A DNA stretch of 64,000 bases from a virus. The position numbers were made by a program, and so were the translations under genes. Each line of letters begins with the position of its first letter. Position 1 is the first letter of the stretch. The notes under the pieces are model-generated. The model did not search any database. It saw only the letters and a list, made by a program, of their open reading frames with translations, and was not told the origin of the DNA. The stretch lies in the IMG/VR virus record IMGVR_UViG_3300017565_000003. One strand, given 5' to 3'. This document shows positions 10,830 to 18,330 of the stretch, one piece after another.

Positions 10830-11309
10830 TAATTTCACCTTTTCCAAGTTAGATAACTATATTGTTCACTAAGTAGTGAATTATTATAAGTAAAAACAAA
10901 TTTATTAATACACTTCTAAATTTAGTTAGTAAGAAATATCTTATATTAACTAAGTCTAAAGGAGTGTTTTTTTATGTTGGGAAAAATGAGTTCAAGAGTG
11001 TATTAACAATTATCATGTAATACGTTTCAAAAAACTTTGACTTATAGCAGTAAAAATACTATTATAAATCTAAGGAATAAATTCAAAAAAAAATTTACTG
11101 TTATTCTGACGGTTCAGTGTGTCCAAAATGCCATAGAAAAGTGCATTAAGTATTGAACTTTAATAGTTTTAGATATATAATTCAGAATATATACTATAGT
11201 CAATGGATAGAATGATACTAGATACTTAATAATTTGGGTTTACTTCAAAGCCAAATTTCAATTAGATACTTTCTAATCCACCGTTTACTTAAACTAATTT
11301 ATTGCAAAT

Positions 11310-11342
11310 AAAAAAGAAGCAGAGCTGCAACTCTACTTCTTC
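11310..11342 (-). terminator. Rho-independent terminator of the 11360-11569 gene
   Basis: GAAGTAGAG-TTGCAG-CTCTGCTTC followed by U-run on the - strand. Confidence 0.7.
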
Positions 11343-11359
11343 AAGAGATAATACAAAAA

Positions 11360-11569
11360 TTACTTAGCAGGAGTTAGGGTTGAATCGATGTCCAATGCAA
11401 AAACATTAATATCAATTCCTAATTCCTCACTGATTTGCTTCATGAAGAAAGGATCTTCAGCAAGAACACTTGATAAGAGTGATTCGATTTTTAAAGATAA
11501 TGCTTCAAGGTGGTCTTGAGATAACTCTTCCTTCAGGGTAAATAGTAGGTTTAGCGGCAATTTTGTCAT
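11360..11569 (-). CDS. Hypothetical 69-aa protein
   Basis: AGGAGG RBS, own promoter and terminator. Confidence 0.75.
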   Translation of the reverse strand: MTKLPLNLLFTLKEELSQDHLEALSLKIESLLSSVLAEDPFFMKQISEELGIDINVFALDIDSTLTPAK

Positions 11570-11617
11570 GATCTGATCCTCCTGGAATGTGTTTGCATAC
11601 GAAAATATGCTAGTCTA

Positions 11618-11673
11618 ATAGTAATGGTATACGTTAGAATTGTCAATCAATTTAAGACTAATACTATTCGACA
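11618..11673 (-). promoter_or_regulatory. SigA promoter with upstream Spo0A box
   Basis: TTGACA-17-TACTAT (11646-11618); TGTCGAA at 11673-11667. Confidence 0.65.
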
Positions 11674-11780
11674 GTTATTTTATAAATAAACTTAATTGTT
11701 TTACTTGATTTTATTTTACTTTAGTTTATGACTGTGATAAAATAAATTATATGTAAACTAAATTTATAAGAGGTGTTTAT

Positions 11781-13310
11781 ATGACTATTCTTGATAAAGA
11801 AATTGAATTTCCTGTAGCGAAAAACATTGAACATCTTGAGAAGCTTAATTATGAGATCCCTAGATACATAGATAATCAAGGTAGGAATAAAATTAGGAAA
11901 GGTACAAAAATTAAAATAAATGTAAAGGATATCCCTAATGGAAGCAGATTCCTTGTAAGATTTAAATGTGATTACTGTAACGGAGAAAATCAAATATCCG
12001 AAAGTGATTATTTAAGACCTTATTACACCTTGATAAATGGGAGACAATTTATTGAGAAAGACTGTTGTAACAATAGAGAATGTATTAATAGGAAAACCAA
12101 AGAAATAAAATCAAATAATCCTATTCCTGTAGAGAAGTCTTTTGGAGGAAAATACCCACTTTTGATAGAAGAGTGGAGTAAAGATAACAATAAATCACCT
12201 TTTGAGTATGGACATGGAAGCTTTGAAGAGGTCTTGTGGGATTGTTTTAAATGTGGTAGTGAGTACGAAATGAAAATCAATCATAGAGGATATCATAATT
12301 GTGGTTGTCCATATTGTGCCGGTAAGAAGGTTAATCATACAAATTGCCTGTGGTCAACTCATCCTGATATTGCAAAACTACTAAAAGATTCTCAAAGAGG
12401 TTATGAAATTACTGCTGGATATTCGGGGAAAGAAGAATTTAAATGTGCTTCTTGTAACTTTTCTGAACTCAAATTCGTCCAGAATATAGTTAAAAGGGGT
12501 TTATCATGTCCTGTATGCTCAGACGGCATCAGTTACCCTGAAAAGTTTGTATTCAACGTTCTCAACCAACTAAAGATTAAAATAGAAAGACAGAAAGTAT
12601 TCGAATGGTCGAAAAATATCTATTGTGAAAATGATAGTCTTAATGGTATTAAAAAATATGATTTTTATATTCCACATTTAAATTGTATAATCGAAACACA
12701 TGGTGAACAGCATTACTTTATAAGGGATAGAAAATTTGAAAGAGATGGACAAATTGAACAGGAGAATGACGCATTAAAAGAAGATCTTGCATTTAAAAAT
12801 AAAATAAATCATTATGTTATTTTGAACTGTTCAATATCTAGTCTTGAATTCATTAAAGATAGTATTGTGAAAAGTGATCTGAATCAATTGTTAAACTTGA
12901 AAGATGTCAATTGGGAAGAATGTCATTCATACGCTATTTCATCTTTAGTTAAGTTGGCATGTTCTCTGTGGAGAGAACAAAGAAGTATAAATGATATCTC
13001 TAAAATAATAGACGTTGATAAAGCTACAGTCAGGAGATATTTGATAAATGGAAGTGAAGTTGGATTATGTGATTATAACGGAAAAGAAGAAGGGGATAAA
13101 ACACGTAAAAATAACTTGAAGAAGATAAATGAAATAAATAAAGTGCGGATCATTCAACTAACAAAAGAAGGGGAATTTATTAGAGAATGGGATAGTGTTA
13201 AGGATGCGCAAGGACACTATAAAATAAATAATATCACCGCAGTGTGTAGGGGGAGACAAAAAACAGCAGGCGGGTATAGATGGGTATATAAAAAGGATTA
13301 TATTTTATAA
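11781..13310 (+). CDS. Zinc-ribbon repeat / PD-(D/E)XK-like nuclease / NUMOD1 protein (putative homing endonuclease)
   Basis: Repeated CxxC..CPxC zinc ribbons, YDFYIP..IIETHGEQH, C-terminal IREWDSVKDA..ITAVCRGRQKTAGGYRW. Confidence 0.75.
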   Translation: MTILDKEIEFPVAKNIEHLEKLNYEIPRYIDNQGRNKIRKGTKIKINVKDIPNGSRFLVRFKCDYCNGENQISESDYLRPYYTLINGRQFIEKDCCNNRECINRKTKEIKSNNPIPVEKSFGGKYPLLIEEWSKDNNKSPFEYGHGSFEEVLWDCFKCGSEYEMKINHRGYHNCGCPYCAGKKVNHTNCLWSTHPDIAKLLKDSQRGYEITAGYSGKEEFKCASCNFSELKFVQNIVKRGLSCPVCSDGISYPEKFVFNVLNQLKIKIERQKVFEWSKNIYCENDSLNGIKKYDFYIPHLNCIIETHGEQHYFIRDRKFERDGQIEQENDALKEDLAFKNKINHYVILNCSISSLEFIKDSIVKSDLNQLLNLKDVNWEECHSYAISSLVKLACSLWREQRSINDISKIIDVDKATVRRYLINGSEVGLCDYNGKEEGDKTRKNNLKKINEINKVRIIQLTKEGEFIREWDSVKDAQGHYKINNITAVCRGRQKTAGGYRWVYKKDYIL

Positions 13311-13447
13311 TGTAGTCCTTTTTCATTAATAAATTTAATTATTATTTGTTGACTGTTTAGTGTATTATGTGGTAAACTATGGTTAATAAAGAAGGGAACA
13401 ATATACATAAATAAACTTAATGTGAATATAATTAATTCTAAAAGGGG

Positions 13448-14497
13448 ATGATGGAGATGTTGACAAATGTTATTCAAATGACTCCACGAGGCGGAGATCC
13501 GAATGTGCTTGATCAAATAGAAAGATACTTACAGAACAAAGGAAACAAAAGTGAAAGAACAAAAGAGTCTTACGCAAGAGATATAAAAGAATTCTTTAAA
13601 GAAATAAGAAAAAAGGAAATTAGTCAACTATCAAGAGAAGATGTTCAATTAAAAATTGATGACTTTGAGGATTTTATTAATAAGAAATTGGACGAAGGCC
13701 AACTTAATAACAAAACGATTAACAGATGTGTTGGCACAGTAAAGACATTGTTAAAGTATCTTAACTCCAAAGGGATTGTAGATGATATATCCTTTTTACT
13801 TAATGGAAGCATTGTTAGATTACCTGAAGTTAAAAATAAATATGGAGCATTAACTGTAGCTGAAGTGAATGAATTGGCAGAATTAGCTCTACACGAAAGA
13901 GAAAAAGGAGAGATTAAAAGACTGTACTTTCTTTTTCTACTTGAAACGTGTGCAAGGAAAACAGCAGCGATGAATATGAAGTGGTCTAATTTTACTGAGA
14001 TCAATGAAAATGATGTTACACTAAGATATATAGATAAGGGCAATAAAGAATTTAAAATTAAGATAGCAAGATGGCTTTATAATGAATTATTAACCCTAAA
14101 AGTAGAAGGTGAGGAAAGAGTATTTAATCTTTCTGAAAATGCAATTCAAAATTCATTTACAAGAATAAAAAAGAAAATGAATATTAGAGAAGAGAGAAAC
14201 ATTGTTATACACAGTATACGTAAATGCGGTGCAACGTTTTTATTTTACAAGACAAATAACATATTGTTTGTTCAAAAGGTTCTTGGGCATACGAATGTAA
14301 ATGTAACCCAAGATTACATCGATGTTCAAGACTACGGTGTAATTGGTGCGGTGTCAACAGCGGGTGAAGTAGGAGTAGAAATCATTAATGAAGTTTCTCA
14401 TGAAGAGTTATTAGCTGCTATAAATTCTTTACCGAAAGACAATCAGCTTTTACTAGCTCTAAAAATCCAAGAATTAAATCAAAACTTGTCACAATAA
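13448..14497 (+). CDS. Tyrosine recombinase-fold protein, YopP/SroD-like
   Basis: N-terminal SAM-like domain; catalytic R (TCARK), K (DKG), HSIR, LGH, Y (QDY); first gene of yopP-Q-R-like operon. Confidence 0.8.
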   Translation: MMEMLTNVIQMTPRGGDPNVLDQIERYLQNKGNKSERTKESYARDIKEFFKEIRKKEISQLSREDVQLKIDDFEDFINKKLDEGQLNNKTINRCVGTVKTLLKYLNSKGIVDDISFLLNGSIVRLPEVKNKYGALTVAEVNELAELALHEREKGEIKRLYFLFLLETCARKTAAMNMKWSNFTEINENDVTLRYIDKGNKEFKIKIARWLYNELLTLKVEGEERVFNLSENAIQNSFTRIKKKMNIREERNIVIHSIRKCGATFLFYKTNNILFVQKVLGHTNVNVTQDYIDVQDYGVIGAVSTAGEVGVEIINEVSHEELLAAINSLPKDNQLLLALKIQELNQNLSQ

Positions 14498-14604
14498 GTC
14501 ATATAAATAAATTAATTAGAAAAATTAAGCAAACTTGTTTACAGAAGTATTCATAAATACTAAAATGAGAGTAGACATTTAAAAGTCATAGGAGTTGATA
14601 CAAG

Positions 14605-15951
14605 TTGGATACGCAAATAAAAAAAGATAAAAGTGAATTTATCAATGATCTTCAAGAAGTGTTTACACAAATTAAAGACAACAAGAAAATTACAGATAAA
14701 ATAAAAACTAACATGATGAAAGTATACAAAACGTTACCTGGTCGAGCACATGGTTATATTCATGGCATAGAAGCAATGAGAGAAGAAGACATTCAATACA
14801 TTGCACTATTGGCAGAACAAACTTATATAGTTACAGGTAAAAGTTTGTCTAATCCTTTAAACACATTAACTGAGCGAGAAATGAAAGAAATTAAATCTAA
14901 TTGGGAAGGTTATCAGTCAAAACAAGAGACTTTCCCTTATACTTTCAAGAATGTAATTAAAATAGCTGATGATGATTTTATTTGTTCAGTTGAAGCGAAA
15001 GATATTAACTACCTTTTTCTTAACGGGTTACTTGAATATAACCCAGAGACTCAACGTGAAGGTCGACAAGTAAAGAGCAGAGATAGTGAAGAGATTATAA
15101 CAGTTCCCAAAGTAATTGAGAAAAACGTAAAAGAAATGGTTGAACTATTAGAGAAAAATGAAATTATCAGTTCTATGATTACTTTCAATGCAAGATTAGG
15201 TACATCGGACAATGAATTAGGTGAGTTAGTTTACAATGAAGAAAATAAAACTTTAACAGTAACAGAAGGTACATTATTAGATGTACTAGATGGATTCCAC
15301 AGGATTAATGCCATAAGTAGAGCGCTAAGAAAAAACCCAAGTATTAATGCAATGTTCAAACTAAATATCTTAAACTACAACAAAAAGAGAGCTATAAAGT
15401 ATTTCTCCCAAATGAACAAAGGTCAAAGTGTTAGTGAATCTCACCTTAAGAAAATGTCTGAAACAAGATATGGCGACTTTATTGCCAAACAAGTACAAAG
15501 TAGTAGTCAATTGAGTGGTAAAGTTGCAGCAGGAGATCATATTTCACCTAACTCAGACTTATTAGTTACATTTAATACACTTTCTGATTCTATAGATGAA
15601 ATATTCAAAGTAGAGGATAGATCAACTGCTTTAAAAATTTCAGAGTATTTAACTGAATTTATTGATACATTATTTGATTGTTATCCAGAAGAATTCATTA
15701 AAGACATAGCTAAACAAAGAGAGAAGTCTTTAATGGGAAGTAATTCGTTTTTTAACGGATACATTAAACTTGCGAAGAATATGTATGATAATAAAATTAA
15801 ATTGAGAAAATTACCTAGTATACTAAATCAATTGGATTTTTCTAGAGATAATAAATTTTGGCAGGAAATAAATATAGTTGATTCGAATCAAAGAATTAAA
15901 TCAAATGCTAAAAGAGTAATTATTAGCGTATTCGATAAATTAGAATTGTGA
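14605..15951 (+). CDS. ParB/DndB-like protein, YopQ/SroE-like
   Basis: YNPETQR and VLDGFHR motifs; synteny between two integrase-fold genes. Confidence 0.75.
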   Translation: MDTQIKKDKSEFINDLQEVFTQIKDNKKITDKIKTNMMKVYKTLPGRAHGYIHGIEAMREEDIQYIALLAEQTYIVTGKSLSNPLNTLTEREMKEIKSNWEGYQSKQETFPYTFKNVIKIADDDFICSVEAKDINYLFLNGLLEYNPETQREGRQVKSRDSEEIITVPKVIEKNVKEMVELLEKNEIISSMITFNARLGTSDNELGELVYNEENKTLTVTEGTLLDVLDGFHRINAISRALRKNPSINAMFKLNILNYNKKRAIKYFSQMNKGQSVSESHLKKMSETRYGDFIAKQVQSSSQLSGKVAAGDHISPNSDLLVTFNTLSDSIDEIFKVEDRSTALKISEYLTEFIDTLFDCYPEEFIKDIAKQREKSLMGSNSFFNGYIKLAKNMYDNKIKLRKLPSILNQLDFSRDNKFWQEINIVDSNQRIKSNAKRVIISVFDKLEL

Positions 15952-15962
15952 GGTAACTAAAT

Positions 15963-16937
15963 ATGGCTGAAATGTACAATGAAGAAATTAAAAGAGAATT
16001 TTTAAAAGAATATCCAGAAAAAACTGCTGAGACATACAGTTACGTTTTTGCTAGAAGTAAAGATACAGAAGAGGTTATTGGGAGAGACTTATATACATTT
16101 TCAACAGATGAGATAGTAGACGTTTTAAAAAACTCTAATCACACAACTATAAATGCACTTAGACATACTTGGAATATTATAAAACTTTATTTAGATTGGT
16201 CTGCAAGATATAGAGGAAATAGCATTAATCAAGCAAAAAATATACCTATGGATGAATTAAGAAATTATCTAGACACGACTAAGAAACTATATTTAAATGA
16301 AGATGAAATAATTGATATTGAAGATAAAGCAGCTAATGCACAGGATATAGTTGCGGTTAGACTGATGTTTGAAGGCGTTGGAGGATTCCAAATGTCTGAA
16401 ATTTGTAATTTAAATTATAGTGATGTGGATTGGAACAATAATATATTAAAACTTAGAGATGTTAAATATGGTGAAAGAGAAGTAAAAGTAAGTGATAGAT
16501 GTATTTCGATTATGAAGAGTGCATATGGTCAACAAGTATACCTAAAAGGTAATGGGGAATCTAACGCTAGAAACCCAGAAGCACCTTTGCAAGAATCAGA
16601 CTATATAGTGAAAAATATTCAAACAGGATTAAATAAAAACTTTGATGGTGTAGATCGACATACTATGTATAGAAGAATTTCTACTTTAAGTGAATCGTTC
16701 AATTTACCATATTTAACTCCGAAAGGAATAGAAAAATCAGGTCAACTGTATATGGCCTACAAGTTATACAAAGAATCTGGAAAGTTAGATAATGAAGAAT
16801 TAGAAAAGATTGCAGAAAGATTTAACATGAGAAAAGTGAAGATTAACGGAGCTTATAGATACAATTTTACAACTATGAGAGAATATATAAACTTAGATAA
16901 CATAAATGATTTATATCCTACAGAAGAAACAGTATGA
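15963..16937 (+). CDS. Integrase-fold master repressor, YopR/MrpR/SroF-like
   Basis: MYNEEIKREFL start, L.FEG..G..MSEI.NL, LTPKGIEKSG; catalytic R and HxxR lost. Confidence 0.8.
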   Translation: MAEMYNEEIKREFLKEYPEKTAETYSYVFARSKDTEEVIGRDLYTFSTDEIVDVLKNSNHTTINALRHTWNIIKLYLDWSARYRGNSINQAKNIPMDELRNYLDTTKKLYLNEDEIIDIEDKAANAQDIVAVRLMFEGVGGFQMSEICNLNYSDVDWNNNILKLRDVKYGEREVKVSDRCISIMKSAYGQQVYLKGNGESNARNPEAPLQESDYIVKNIQTGLNKNFDGVDRHTMYRRISTLSESFNLPYLTPKGIEKSGQLYMAYKLYKESGKLDNEELEKIAERFNMRKVKINGAYRYNFTTMREYINLDNINDLYPTEETV

Positions 16938-16945
16938 TTATATAC

Positions 16946-16975
16946 TAGCTAATCCCCCATTCGGGATTAAGCTAC
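16946..16975 (+). terminator. Stem-loop after repressor operon
   Basis: TAGCTAATCCC-CCATTC-GGGATTAAGCTA. Confidence 0.55.
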
Positions 16976-17113
16976 TACATAAAAGTAAATTTAATTATAA
17001 TTAAGTGTTAAATAGTATCGAGAAAAGATATATGGTAAATGTATCTAATTAGGACTATTAGCCTGTGTTCTCGCTAGTCTTTAGCACCTAATCTCTGTTT
17101 TCGACAAAATCTG

Positions 17114-17251
17114 TCAAAGACAGGGTGTGTATTTTGTAGTATTATGATTACATAGCTCAAGAAGAAATTCACTGAAAAGTGAATCGAGAGGCACTATGGG
17201 AACGAACCCATAGCCAATACTACCTATAAGTTCGATTTCAACTTCAATCAT
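17114..17251 (-). CDS. Putative 45-aa protein (not in ORF track)
   Basis: MIEVEIELIGSIGYGFVPIVPLDSLFSEFLLELCNHNTTKYTPCL; AGGAGG 8 nt upstream; TGGTACAAT extended -10 near 17303-17312. Confidence 0.45.
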   Translation of the reverse strand: MIEVEIELIGSIGYGFVPIVPLDSLFSEFLLELCNHNTTKYTPCL

Positions 17252-17392
17252 CGGACTAGCCTCCTAGCCTTTAATGCCCAAGGAAAACATGCAACACTTA
17301 GTAATTGTACCAACTTTTACTAAAAAATAAAAGTATCTTTTTGTACTAGCAATTTTGATTTAAATTGGTTATAATTAGAATACGAACAAAAG

Positions 17393-17406
17393 GGAACAAA
17401 CGTTCT
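17393..17406. promoter_or_regulatory. LexA (SOS/Cheo) box
   Basis: GGAAC-AAAC-GTTCT, just downstream of TATAAT at 17370. Confidence 0.7.
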
Positions 17407-17464
17407 ATTTTAATTTAACATATAAAAATAGAACTCCTTAAAACGGAGAGAACAGGGGAGATTA

Positions 17465-17743
17465 ATGAAGTATTTATTTCAGGGTGGAGTCACATTGGAT
17501 TTCTTTTGCATGGTTGGAGGTGAGAATGCAGGGAAAGCAGAATATAATTTCCACAATGTAATTGATGTTAATAATTTGCAGGTACAGGGAATTTTGGTAA
17601 AAGGATCTGACGGTAAACTACATATGTTAGGTATCGAAGATTCTAATCTAGAAGTTGATTCAGTAGTTGAAGTTGACGAAGATACACCTAAAAAGTATCG
17701 AGACTACCAAGTTGGGAGCTTAGTAGTCAATACGATTGTTTAA
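17465..17743 (+). CDS. Hypothetical acidic protein, probably SOS-inducible
   Basis: GGGGAG RBS; LexA box upstream. Confidence 0.7.
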   Translation: MKYLFQGGVTLDFFCMVGGENAGKAEYNFHNVIDVNNLQVQGILVKGSDGKLHMLGIEDSNLEVDSVVEVDEDTPKKYRDYQVGSLVVNTIV

Positions 17744-17823
17744 GTAAAACTTATGTATGTTGTAATCTCACTTACAAGTTTAATTCTAATGATGTTGAGA
17801 TAAGTTATCAACGAAAAGTTGGT

Positions 17824-17907
17824 TTTCGGCATCACTACAAAACACCGCAAAATGTACACACGAAAATTTGTAGTGGTTTTGCGGTAGTTAGTAAAAAAGA
17901 ACTACAA
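17824..17907. promoter_or_regulatory. Cluster of ComA-like half-sites upstream of the comX-comP operon
   Basis: TTTCGG 17824, CTACAA 17835, CCGCAA 17845, TTGTAG 17868, TTGCGG 17879, CTACAA 17902. Confidence 0.4.
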
Positions 17908-17991
17908 AACTATTAAAATCTTATTTTAAAATTAACTAATCTATAGTAATATTAATATAATCCTATAGATTGTAAGAAGGGAATATTTCTT

Positions 17992-18162
17992 ATGAGAATA
18001 GGTAGAATAATAGCTCATTTAATCAATAATGAGGAAGAGACAGTAGCAATATTGTTTGGTATGGCATCTTTACTTAATGTTGATGAAGATGAGTTAGAAG
18101 CAATAAAACAAGTTTTATCCTATGATCCAAAATCTTATTTAATGGAGGAATCGTTAAGATGA
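17992..18162 (+). CDS. ComX-like precursor lacking the C-terminal Trp (56 aa, not in ORF track)
   Basis: MRIGRIIAHLINNEEETVAILFGMASLLNVDEDELEAIKQVLSYDPKSYLMEESLR; ComX leader pattern; AAGGGA RBS; ATGA overlap with next gene. Confidence 0.65.
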   Translation: MRIGRIIAHLINNEEETVAILFGMASLLNVDEDELEAIKQVLSYDPKSYLMEESLR

Positions 18163-18323
18163 ACAAAGTAATTGAACATTTATTGAGCAATCCGCAAGAA
18201 GCCTTAGCTGTAGCAGAAGGTAAAGCAATGCCAGTAGAACGCTTAAGTGCAAAAGAACTTTTACAAGTTGTAAGAACTGTAAGCACTGAAAAAGGTTCTA
18301 ACTTTATGAAATACTGGGGTTAA
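18159..18323 (+). CDS. comX: ComX pheromone precursor (54 aa, not in ORF track)
   Basis: MNKVIEHLLSNPQEALAVAEGKAMPVERLSAKELLQVVRTVSTEKGSNFMKYWG; ComX size and leader pattern, near-terminal Trp, GGAGG RBS, directly upstream of comP. Confidence 0.8.
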   Translation: MNKVIEHLLSNPQEALAVAEGKAMPVERLSAKELLQVVRTVSTEKGSNFMKYWG

Positions 18324-18330
18324 TGGTTAA

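Noticed and set aside
15963-16937. Prophage integrase with nearby att site
   Set aside because: Catalytic residues degenerate and no att or host junction visible; matches the repressor class
17833-17885. RNA pseudoknot from interleaved inverted repeats CACTACAAA/TTTGTAGTG and ACCGCAAAA/TTTTGCGGT
   Set aside because: Lies upstream of the likely promoter; simpler as DNA half-sites for a regulator, though not excluded
18074-18286. 70-aa reverse ORF in the track
   Set aside because: Antisense shadow of the two comX-like genes, which have RBSs and operon context
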